Shown: positions 17,423 through 24,956, counted from the stretch's first letter. The stretch: 34,951 nucleotides of DNA from an uncultured virus (IMG/VR IMGVR_UViG_3300032213_001453) (IMGVR_UViG_3300032213_001453), one strand, 5' to 3'. Program-made: numbers and translations. Notes: generated by a model from the sequence alone, not told the origin.

Positions 17423-19213
17423 ATGGGCGAAGATTTTTATGGTGCCAATTTAGACTTTGATGATTTTGATAGACTTTTAAAGAATGAAGATCTAAATGAA
17501 GAGCCTGTTCCTATTCAGAGATTTGTGACTGATAAGAAGTATCTTGGTCTTCCTCCGCTTAGCGATATTCAGCTTGAAATCGCAAGGCACATTACTCAGA
17601 TTTTTAAGCCGGAAACTCTCTCAATGCTAATGGGGGAGCAAGAGGGCATCGATTACTACAATAGGTATACTGTCAATGAAGTAATTTGTCAGTTAGGAAA
17701 GGGATCTGGTAAGGATCACGTTTCCAGAGTTTCTCTCGCTTACATTAGTTACCTTCTTCATTGTCTTCGTGATCCTCTTGAGTATTTCGGAAAAGCCTCT
17801 GGTGTTTATATCGACTTGGTTAACTTGGCTGTAAACGCCAAGCAGGCTCAGCAGGTTTTCTTTGATCCTTTGAAAAACCTTTTGCTCGCTTCCCCTTGGG
17901 CTAATGATGTCGGCTTTGAGCCGCGTGTTCAAGAAATCTTTTGGTTTGATCGTCCTGTTCGAATGTTCTCCGGCCACTCTGAGGCGGAAGGCTGGGAGGG
18001 TTATGAAGTTCTGACAGTTGTGCTTGATGAGATCTCTGCTTTCAAAACAGACGGAGAACTTAAGGGGCAACTTAGAAATAAAGGATCTGCCTCCGAGATT
18101 TACGAGATGGCTAGAGCTTCAATTACTTCACGCTTTCCAAGTGTCGGAAAGGTTGTTCTTCTTTCTTTCCCAAGATTCAGGGGAGACTTCATTCAGCAGA
18201 GATATAAGTCTGTTATTGACGACTTAGTTGAGCAGGGTGGTATCGTACTTGATGAGAAGATGGGCAACCGTGGAGGCTATCGTGAGGCCCAGTCTTGGGC
18301 GCTTAAGGCTTCGACGTGGGAAGTCAATCCCACCCGCCATAAAGAGGAGTTTGAGAACGAGTTCAGGCGCGATCCTATCATGGCTCGCGCTAGGTTCATG
18401 TGCGAACCCCCAGAGATGGTGGACGCCTACTTCAGAGATCCGGAATCTGTTCGTGCTGCGTTTAGATACAAGCAGACTCCCGTCGATGAAGAAGGCAGAT
18501 TTGCTGAGTGGTTTTTGGGTAGTGATACTCATGCGAGATATATCCATGTTGATCTTGGTCTTAAACGAGATCGTGCTGCTGTTTGCATGGTTCATTCGCC
18601 GGGGTTTAAGCAGATCAAAACTCTTGGCGGTGTAGAAAATCTTCCTATCATTGAAATGGATTATATCCAGTCTTGGAAGGCAGAAGATAACTCCGAAATT
18701 CCTTTTGCAGCGATTAGAACAACGATTGCCGAATTGACTAGGCGCTTTACTGTTGTATCGGTTACTTTCGATCAATGGAACAGTGCTGATATGATTCAGT
18801 CTCTTAGATCTCTTGGTATCAATGCAGATCTCCATACAGTAGCGAAAAAGGATTACGATACTTTATCTACTGCTATCTATGATGGAAGATTGCGTGGCTA
18901 TTGGAATGATATCTTGGTGGAAGATGAGCTTCTTAAACTTAAGCTTATCAATAACACTAAGGTTGACCATCCGACAACTGGCTCCAAGGATTTGGCTGAC
19001 TCAGTTGCTGGCGCTACGTTTATGTGCATTTCTAATATGTCATCAGATTTTGAGATTGATATTGAAATATTAGATGCTGTCGATTTCACCACTCTTGAAG
19101 GTGAAGAAGCAGATGGCGCTATCAAGAGAACTTTGACATCCAAGGGTGTAATTGAAACAGAAAAACCAAAAGAACTGCCAGATGATATTAAAAGCTGGCT
19201 TGAGATTATCTAG
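17423..19213 (+). CDS. terL: Terminase large subunit
   Basis: LSDIQ Q-motif, Walker A GKGSGKD, Walker B VVLDE, LLSFP coupling motif, nuclease IHVDLG / TFDQW / KVDHP..GSKDLADS. Confidence 0.92.
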   Translation: MGEDFYGANLDFDDFDRLLKNEDLNEEPVPIQRFVTDKKYLGLPPLSDIQLEIARHITQIFKPETLSMLMGEQEGIDYYNRYTVNEVICQLGKGSGKDHVSRVSLAYISYLLHCLRDPLEYFGKASGVYIDLVNLAVNAKQAQQVFFDPLKNLLLASPWANDVGFEPRVQEIFWFDRPVRMFSGHSEAEGWEGYEVLTVVLDEISAFKTDGELKGQLRNKGSASEIYEMARASITSRFPSVGKVVLLSFPRFRGDFIQQRYKSVIDDLVEQGGIVLDEKMGNRGGYREAQSWALKASTWEVNPTRHKEEFENEFRRDPIMARARFMCEPPEMVDAYFRDPESVRAAFRYKQTPVDEEGRFAEWFLGSDTHARYIHVDLGLKRDRAAVCMVHSPGFKQIKTLGGVENLPIIEMDYIQSWKAEDNSEIPFAAIRTTIAELTRRFTVVSVTFDQWNSADMIQSLRSLGINADLHTVAKKDYDTLSTAIYDGRLRGYWNDILVEDELLKLKLINNTKVDHPTTGSKDLADSVAGATFMCISNMSSDFEIDIEILDAVDFTTLEGEEADGAIKRTLTSKGVIETEKPKELPDDIKSWLEII

Positions 19214-19221
19214 GAGATAAT

Positions 19222-19500
19222 TTGAATATTAGTGATCTTAATAAAGCCCTTTGCAGAAAGAGGGGCATGAATACTTCGTTGTTCTTTGAGGACTTCGAAC
19301 AGATGACTCCGAAGAAGAAGTTTGAAATCATCTCTATCTGTGAGAGGTGCGAAGTAAAGAATGAGTGTAGGGAAGCAGGCGCTGCTCAGAAGGACGGTTA
19401 TGGCCTTTGGGGAGGAGTCTTCTTTAAGAAGGGTCGTATCCTTAAGACAAATTCGTCTCGCAGAACATCACCAAAAGCCTCTCCAAATAGCGTCAGATAA
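19222..19500 (+). CDS. whiB: WhiB-family transcription factor
   Basis: ALC...LFF...ICERCEVKNEC...YGLWGG; GGAG SD before TTG. Confidence 0.9.
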   Translation: MNISDLNKALCRKRGMNTSLFFEDFEQMTPKKKFEIISICERCEVKNECREAGAAQKDGYGLWGGVFFKKGRILKTNSSRRTSPKASPNSVR

Positions 19501-19655
19501 ATTTTGCTGTTAGATTTGTTGAATAGAAAAAAATCCTGATTGACGTAGGTTTCGCCTGATGGTCCGCTATACTGATCCCAGAGGCACCCGGGCCTGCAAA
19601 ACGTCCCTCATAAAGCCTCTACCAAATAAAAATTCCGATATAAATAGGAGATATA

Positions 19656-20003
19656 ATGCTTAATATTGAAGTCACTGATTCCCTTCCTACAGTTCGTCGT
19701 GGTGGAGGTCGTCCTTCTGAAGAGCGTAAGCAGATTCAGGAAGCGCTTAAGAGTGGTGAAGTTCAGGTTGTTAAGAACATTGAAGCCGGTAATAAGTACA
19801 ATGCACTTCAGCAGCGTATTCGTCAGGCTGCACTTCAGATGGGTCTGAAGGTTAAGATTGTTTATCGCAAGCATGACGACAATGATGCTATTGGAGATCT
19901 TTACTTCCACGGATACTCCGATGTTGAGGTTGAGGTTATTGAGGAAAACAAGATTGCGAAGACTTCGGTTCGTCGCAATGTTAAGGATAAGGTCACTGCT
20001 TGA
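19656..20003 (+). CDS. Small protein, possible nucleic-acid binder
   Basis: AGGAG SD; RRGGGRP motif; flanked by a TATACT element (19568) and a terminator-like hairpin. Confidence 0.7.
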   Translation: MLNIEVTDSLPTVRRGGGRPSEERKQIQEALKSGEVQVVKNIEAGNKYNALQQRIRQAALQMGLKVKIVYRKHDDNDAIGDLYFHGYSDVEVEVIEENKIAKTSVRRNVKDKVTA

Positions 20004-20191
20004 ATGCTTTAGCAGATGGCAAGGAGAAGCTCCCTGCAGATTTCTGCAGGGAGCTTTTTCTTCATATTGATAGTTTTCTTGCTTCAATTAGTCAGCAAAG
20101 TTTGGTTGATAGCAATCAGGCTCAAGATTTTTGTCTTGATCTTCGACTTGTTGTCAAAGATTACGAAAATGAGGATGATATAGATGTCTAA
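20000..20191 (+). CDS. Hypothetical protein
   Basis: TTGA-coupled 63-aa ORF overlapping the next start. Confidence 0.5.
   Translation: MNALADGKEKLPADFCRELFLHIDSFLASISQQSLVDSNQAQDFCLDLRLVVKDYENEDDIDV
20027..20063 (+). terminator. Intrinsic terminator-like hairpin inside the next ORF
   Basis: AAGCTCCCTGCAG-ATTT-CTGCAGGGAGCTT perfect 13-bp stem followed by TTTCTTC. Confidence 0.65.
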
Positions 20192-20489
20192 TATGTCAAA
20201 TATTGATGCGAATATTCAGATGGTCAGGGAGCAGCTGAGTGGCCTTGTTGGCTGCACAATTGTTCAGGTAGACGCTAGTTCTGCTACTGAGACTGGATCT
20301 GACGCTGTTTGGCCTGTTATTTTAGTCAAAGATGCGAATGATAACATTTTTCAGCTTGAGATCGCTTGTGATGCCGAAGGCAATGGACCCGGGCATATTT
20401 TTCTGGGCCTTATAAGCGGTAAAAATTTCGATGACTACACCCCGATTTCCAACAAAAAAAGCTGGGAATTGCTTTGGAATGGATTGTAG
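20184..20489 (+). CDS. Hypothetical protein
   Basis: GAGGA SD; LVGCTI...DAEGNGPG motif. Confidence 0.7.
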   Translation: MSNMSNIDANIQMVREQLSGLVGCTIVQVDASSATETGSDAVWPVILVKDANDNIFQLEIACDAEGNGPGHIFLGLISGKNFDDYTPISNKKSWELLWNGL

Positions 20490-20492
20490 ACT

Positions 20493-20520
20493 TTGAAAAT
20501 AACCCATTATTTGATATAAT
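20493..20520 (+). promoter_or_regulatory. Sigma70/SigA-type promoter
   Basis: TTGAAA-N16-TATAAT with an extended -10 (TGa-TATAAT); GAGGT SD downstream. Confidence 0.7.
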
Positions 20521-20540
20521 GGTACACCGAGGTATTCGAT

Positions 20541-20765
20541 ATGTGGAAAAATCAGATTGAGTACTTCGATGAGCTTGTTGAGAAACAAGTAGAAGTAAAA
20601 ATAAATCTCCTCCATACAAACAAGGTATACATAGGGTATATACGAGCTATCTGTAGTGATGGCGTATTTGTAACTAGGCAGACGGGCTTTAGATATAGTG
20701 TCGATATCCGGGAAGTTGTTTATATCCCTTATAAAGCCATATCCTGCGTAGAGAGAGGACTGTAG
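20541..20765 (+). CDS. Hfq/Sm-like fold protein
   Basis: Q..YFDEL..KQVEVKINL.....IGYI......VFV ... VYIPYKAISCV aligns by eye with the Hfq helix, Sm1 and Sm2 (VYKHAISTV). Confidence 0.55.
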   Translation: MWKNQIEYFDELVEKQVEVKINLLHTNKVYIGYIRAICSDGVFVTRQTGFRYSVDIREVVYIPYKAISCVERGL

Positions 20766-20777
20766 AGATGAGGTTAT

Positions 20778-21314
20778 ATGAATGTTTTTACGAAGTCTAT
20801 GATTGTAGTTGCAATTTCTGTAGTTATTGCTATTAGTGCAATTGCTACAACTGTTGCTTCTGCTGGTACGGGAAGTTTTAGTAATGATTATAGCATTGTT
20901 TTTGTAGAAGAAGTTTCGCCGGTAGTTGTGGAAGAAGTTACTACTACTACAACTATTGATTTAAGTTGGTTGAATACTACTACGACAACGGTTTATGTAG
21001 CTCCAGTTGTTGTAGTAGAAGCTCCTCCTGTTATTGAGACTTCAGTTAGCTCTGATGGTTCAGTTTGGGATGCTATCGCGCAGTGTGAGTCTGGCGGTAA
21101 TTGGGCAATTAATACGGGTAACGGGTTTGGTGGTGGACTTCAGTTCATGCATCAACGTAGTTATTCGACGTGGCTTTCTTTTGGTGGTGGAGAGTTTTCT
21201 CCAAATCCTTGGGAAGCTTCTAGAGAGCAGCAAATAATAGTCGCTGAGAAAGTTTTGGCTTCTTCCGGTTGGGGTGCTTGGCCGGGTTGTTCTAGTAAGT
21301 TAGGTCTGCGTTAG
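20778..21314 (+). CDS. rpf: Resuscitation-promoting factor (Rpf)-type lytic transglycosylase, secreted
   Basis: N-terminal signal peptide/TM, T/V/E/P-rich linker, then [28 protein letters not shown]...TW...GG...ASREQQI.VAEKVL...GWGAWPGC. Confidence 0.93.
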   Translation: MNVFTKSMIVVAISVVIAISAIATTVASAGTGSFSNDYSIVFVEEVSPVVVEEVTTTTTIDLSWLNTTTTTVYVAPVVVVEAPPVIETSVSSDGSVWDAIAQCESGGNWAINTGNGFGGGLQFMHQRSYSTWLSFGGGEFSPNPWEASREQQIIVAEKVLASSGWGAWPGCSSKLGLR

Positions 21315-21353
21315 ATCTTTCTTTAAAGTAAAACTGAATACTTTTTCAAAAAG

Positions 21354-21385
21354 AATGGAGGCTCAATTAGAGCCTCCATTTTTTT
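21354..21385 (+). terminator. Intrinsic terminator (possibly bidirectional)
   Basis: AATGGAGGCTC-AATTA-GAGCCTCCATT with a T run after and an A run before. Confidence 0.85.
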
Positions 21386-21397
21386 GTATTAAATTCA

Positions 21398-21564
21398 AGC
21401 CTAATTATGTACCTAATTTGCTGGGCGCATGATTAGGTAGATAATTATGTTCGCCCGAAAATCTTTTCGAAACATAAATCGAAACCCTAATCAAGAACTT
21501 TGTGAGTGCCGGTTAAATATCTATCTCAGACAGGTAACGACTGCTAAGATAGTATCAGTTAATC
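21398..21564 (+). repeat. Conserved intergenic element, copy 1 (promoter/regulatory or structured RNA)
   Basis: Four colinear blocks shared with 26426-26576; contains TGc-TAAGAT (21542-21550). Confidence 0.8.
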
Positions 21565-21601
21565 GAAACAGTTTATCTGACCTTATATAAGGAGCGTTTA
21601 G

Positions 21602-22975
21602 ATGTCGTACATTAGAATTGCGAATAAGGCAGACGATGTTAATCGTTTGTTTTTGGAAAAGTTAGGTCTTTCGACAAAGCGTGAGAATGAGAATACAATT
21701 GGCCAATTTGGTTCGGGTTCTAAATTCGCTCCAATTGCTGCTTTGCGTAATGGTTGGGATTGGATTAATGTTGGCCGAGATAGTCTTGGCGAGTATAAAA
21801 TGCAGTATGTTGTTCAGGATGAGGGTGGTATTGAGTGTGTCTATTATTTGTATAATGATGAGGTATTGAAACCTTCTTCTTTTACTGTTGATGCCGGTGT
21901 TCTTTCTTGGGATTCTGAGTTTCAGATTTTTCGTGAAGCTTTTTGCAATGCTTTGGATGAGTTCACTGATAGCGGCAAAGAGTATTCGATTGAAGTTGTT
22001 GATGAGGTAAAGTTCGTTGATGGAGAGTTTGCTGTTTATCTGAGTGCAGTCAAGCCTCTGCTTGATATTATCGAAGACTTTGATAAGTATTTCTCTATCA
22101 AGCGTACTCCGCTTTCCAGCAATGATTATTCTGGAAAGATTTTCAAGTCCTTTGATCATGAGCCTAATTTCTACTACAAGGGTGTTCTTGTTCATTCAGA
22201 ATCAAGTTCTGATCTTTCAATCTTTGATTATGAGTTCAATAACATTACGCTTAACGAAGAACGTAGAGTTCGTAATACTTATGAACTTGGTACTAAGGTT
22301 ACGTCAATGTTGTATCAGCTTAATGGTAATGATGCTAATCATGTTGATATTGCAAAGCAGATGATTTATTGTGCAAATAAGAAGCGCTGGGAGTGGAGTA
22401 TTCCTTCCTACAATATTGAATCATGGTTTGGCAATAAGACTGATAGTGCATTTCTTTCAGCTTGGAATGAGATTCATGGTGACGCTATTGCTGTAAGTTC
22501 AGATTTGATGCGGTTTAAGACACAGTTTTCTATTCGCAATCAGTCTGTTGTGGAAATCAAGAGTGATTATTTGTATAAGATTCTTGGTCGCTGTGGTGTT
22601 CCGACTGCGGAAGATATTCTTGGTGATGAAGTTGAGTATGAGTTTATGACTCTTACTGGTAAGAATCGTAATCTGTATGAAGAGTCTCTTGATATGGTTA
22701 AGTCTTTTCTTCCTGACTATGATTTCCATGTTAGGGATACTAAGTTCTTTGTCCCTCAGGGTGAACAAGATTCTGTTCTTGGTGTTGCAAATATGCAAAC
22801 ATCCAATGTTTATATCTCTATCAATTCCTTTAGAGATCAGAGTACGTTGATTGGCACTCTTGTTCATGAATACGATCATCTTAAGAGTAAGCTTCATGAT
22901 GATGATCTCGGTTTTAGAGCAGAAGCTGACAATCATATCGCCAATCTTATTCTTAAGTTGAATGGGAAAGGATGA
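21602..22975 (+). CDS. GHKL/HATPase-like protein with permuted motif order and a C-terminal HEXXH motif
   Basis: LGLSTKR...IGQFGSGSK (aa 21-41), FREAFCNALDE (aa 110-120), and TLVHEYDH near the C-terminus; AAGGAG SD. Confidence 0.7.
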   Translation: MSYIRIANKADDVNRLFLEKLGLSTKRENENTIGQFGSGSKFAPIAALRNGWDWINVGRDSLGEYKMQYVVQDEGGIECVYYLYNDEVLKPSSFTVDAGVLSWDSEFQIFREAFCNALDEFTDSGKEYSIEVVDEVKFVDGEFAVYLSAVKPLLDIIEDFDKYFSIKRTPLSSNDYSGKIFKSFDHEPNFYYKGVLVHSESSSDLSIFDYEFNNITLNEERRVRNTYELGTKVTSMLYQLNGNDANHVDIAKQMIYCANKKRWEWSIPSYNIESWFGNKTDSAFLSAWNEIHGDAIAVSSDLMRFKTQFSIRNQSVVEIKSDYLYKILGRCGVPTAEDILGDEVEYEFMTLTGKNRNLYEESLDMVKSFLPDYDFHVRDTKFFVPQGEQDSVLGVANMQTSNVYISINSFRDQSTLIGTLVHEYDHLKSKLHDDDLGFRAEADNHIANLILKLNGKG

Positions 22976-23014
22976 TGCTTAGTGCTACAATAATGTAGAG
23001 ACGAGGGAGATTAT

Positions 23015-23155
23015 GTGTATTTTTCTGACTTTATCCGTTTTACAATTTTTGTGTTATTGGTTGCTTTCTTTGGAATGGCGATCTTCAGCGTATTTGGAAT
23101 TTTCCTGATCCTGTTTATTGCTGCTCCAATTATCTTTTTTATTGCTCTATTGTGA
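23015..23155 (+). CDS. 46-aa hydrophobic membrane peptide (not in ORF track)
   Basis: GAGGGAG SD, GTG start, MYFSDFIRFTIFVLLVAFFGMAIFSVFGIFLILFIAAPIIFFIALL; TGc-TACAAT at 22983. Confidence 0.6.
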   Translation: MYFSDFIRFTIFVLLVAFFGMAIFSVFGIFLILFIAAPIIFFIALL

Positions 23156-23162
23156 GGTTAAA

Positions 23163-23459
23163 GTGGCAAATGAAAATTATTATGTAGTAGAGGCTAGAGT
23201 TGCAGTTCAAATTACTGAAGCTCTTTCTGTAGATGAAGCTGCTAGGAAAGCGGCAAGGATTATTGAAAATCAGTATGGAGTTAATCTTAGCAATTGGTAT
23301 CTTCGTGTTTTCGAGTATGGTGCCGGTGAAGATATAGGTCCTATTGCTGAGTATTTTTCTAATCCTTCCGGTTCTAAGTTTCGTAAGATTGATAAGAATA
23401 TCGAACAACATGAGGAGTTGATTAAGAATGAGCAGTCAGATGGAGTTGGAAGAGCCTGA
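23163..23459 (+). CDS. Hypothetical protein
   Basis: GAGGT SD before GTG 23163. Confidence 0.7.
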   Translation: MANENYYVVEARVAVQITEALSVDEAARKAARIIENQYGVNLSNWYLRVFEYGAGEDIGPIAEYFSNPSGSKFRKIDKNIEQHEELIKNEQSDGVGRA

Positions 23460-23658
23460 TTTTGATGCTCCAGATTTTCTTGGAGAGTTTGAAGATAGGC
23501 CTAGTGATAAATATTGTGGCACTCCTTATTGTAGCGGTGCTAGTTATTTTGATCCTATGTGGCAAGGCTTTTGGGTTACTGGTTTTCAGTGCCCTTGTGG
23601 TTGTTCTGAAGAGCTTTATATTTGTGATGATCCAGATGAAGGTTGGTGGAAAGCATGA
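23428..23658 (+). CDS. Acidic Cys/Trp-rich hypothetical protein
   Basis: GAGGAG SD; CGTPYC...CPCGC. Confidence 0.65.
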   Translation: MSSQMELEEPDFDAPDFLGEFEDRPSDKYCGTPYCSGASYFDPMWQGFWVTGFQCPCGCSEELYICDDPDEGWWKA

Positions 23659-23891
23659 ATTATGAATTCAAAAGAATGCTTGCTAATAGTTACAAGCCTT
23701 TAGAATCTCCTCCCGACAATCCTTATGAAGATGTTGATCTTTGTTATCATGATTTTGATGATGAGGGTGAACATTGCATTGAGAATTGTGGACTTCCCAC
23801 TTGGGATGAGTATGATGCAGAAATGCAAGATCGGGCTGATGATTTTGCTATTGACCAATATATTAGCTCTAGAGAGGATTATAATTACTAA
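23655..23891 (+). CDS. Acidic hypothetical protein
   Basis: ATGA overlap; CYH...CIENC; very D/E-rich. Confidence 0.65.
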   Translation: MNYEFKRMLANSYKPLESPPDNPYEDVDLCYHDFDDEGEHCIENCGLPTWDEYDAEMQDRADDFAIDQYISSREDYNY

Positions 23892-24295
23892 TGACTGTTA
23901 TTGATATGTCGAATGACTATGTAGGAGAAATTATGACTACATATAAGATTACTGGTGAGATGGTTGACAATATTCTTTGCACAGCCCTTGAAGGTGGTAT
24001 TAATTATTGGTGTAGTTATGTAGAACCTCGTCATAATGTTTGGCCTGAGGGTGCTGGTTGTGCAAGTGAATGTCTTAGTCGTGGTTGTGATCTTTCTATC
24101 TTTGATTCTGAAGAAGAGGATGACAATGGTAATCCGGTTGAGTATGTTCTTACACTTTCAGCTTTTATTCATGGTGTTGAGAAAGCTGCAATTTGGGCTA
24201 GTATGAGTGTCAATGATTTTTATGAGAATCATGATGCTTCAGATGCAGATAATGTTATTCAGTTTGCTCTATTTGGAAGGCTTGTTTATGGATGA
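23891..24295 (+). CDS. Hypothetical phage protein
   Basis: ALEGGINYW...DASDADNVIQFALFG.LVYG; start could be the second ATG, after AGGAG. Confidence 0.75.
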   Translation: MTVIDMSNDYVGEIMTTYKITGEMVDNILCTALEGGINYWCSYVEPRHNVWPEGAGCASECLSRGCDLSIFDSEEEDDNGNPVEYVLTLSAFIHGVEKAAIWASMSVNDFYENHDASDADNVIQFALFGRLVYG

Positions 24296-24494
24296 ATATA
24301 CTGTTTCTTTAAGCAATACGTTCGAAGCTGATAGTTTCTTAGATGCTGTTCAGCAGATGATTGCTTGGGTTTCTGATTATGCATATTCTGCTGGGTATAG
24401 AATTAGCTGGACAGAAAGTATTGTTGATGGTGTTCGTAATGATAAAAGTGTATTTGTAGATGCTGAGAGACTTCTTGGAGATATCTATGGGTAA
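24288..24494 (+). CDS. Hypothetical protein
   Basis: Start overlaps the previous stop; tight gene packing. Confidence 0.6.
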   Translation: MDEYTVSLSNTFEADSFLDAVQQMIAWVSDYAYSAGYRISWTESIVDGVRNDKSVFVDAERLLGDIYG

Positions 24495-24636
24495 AAAACT
24501 TAGAGATAAAGATTATCGTACTGGATACGAGCAGGGCTTTAAAGACGCTGTTAATGTCGCTATGATGATTGTCAATAAAGAATTTGATCTACACAATGAG
24601 AAAGCGAAAAATGAGAAAGAACACAGCAGTCGCTGA
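24487..24636 (+). CDS. 49-aa hypothetical protein (not in ORF track)
   Basis: GGAG SD; MGKKLRDKDYRTGYEQGFKDAV... Confidence 0.55.
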   Translation: MGKKLRDKDYRTGYEQGFKDAVNVAMMIVNKEFDLHNEKAKNEKEHSSR

Positions 24637-24793
24637 TTTCAAAGCTTTTATTCTTCCCGGAGTAATTAAATGGTTCGGGAAAGATGATAAGGTTGCTATT
24701 AGAACTGCGTGGAATGATTGGACTGACTCTTTGTGTAAGAGCGGTCAGATTACTTTGCGCCAATATGAAACATGGACTAGTCCATTTAACTAA
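24611..24793 (+). CDS. Hypothetical phage protein
   Basis: DKVAIRTAWNDWTDSLCKSGQIT..QYETW motif. Confidence 0.65.
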   Translation: MRKNTAVADFKAFILPGVIKWFGKDDKVAIRTAWNDWTDSLCKSGQITLRQYETWTSPFN

Positions 24794-24807
24794 GAAAGAG
24801 TGTTATT

Positions 24808-24954
24808 ATGAAAAGTCAGTATGTTGTTATTGAAGTTACGTATGATCCAGAAGTTATCGACGCTCCCAATGTTTGGGATTGGAGTTTGCTTTTTGGTGAA
24901 GATATCGAAGTTCTTTTTGCTAGCGATTTTTTCGATTCAGATAAGGATGAGTGA
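24808..24954 (+). CDS. 48-aa acidic protein, paralog A (not in ORF track)
   Basis: MKSQYVVIEVTYDPEVIDAPNVWDWSLLFGEDIEVLFASDFFDSDKDE; similar to the next ORF. Confidence 0.7.
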   Translation: MKSQYVVIEVTYDPEVIDAPNVWDWSLLFGEDIEVLFASDFFDSDKDE

Positions 24955-24956
24955 TC

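Noticed and set aside
7752..19213. Inteins or introns in DnaE, RecA or TerL
   Set aside because: Lengths are ordinary, motifs are contiguous, and I saw no intein splice-junction or LAGLIDADG signatures.
19540..19573. TTGACG...TATACT as a canonical -35/-10 promoter
   Set aside because: The spacer is 22 nt, which is too long. Only the -10 element is plausible.
19574..19622. tRNA-Cys-like CTGCAAA loop or a riboswitch in the leader
   Set aside because: No acceptor stem or T-arm (GTTCRA), and I could not fit it to a riboswitch consensus. It is kept only as a possible structured leader.
20938..20990. ACT/ACA trinucleotide runs as a tandem-repeat or phase-variation locus
   Set aside because: They simply encode the poly-Thr linker of the Rpf protein.
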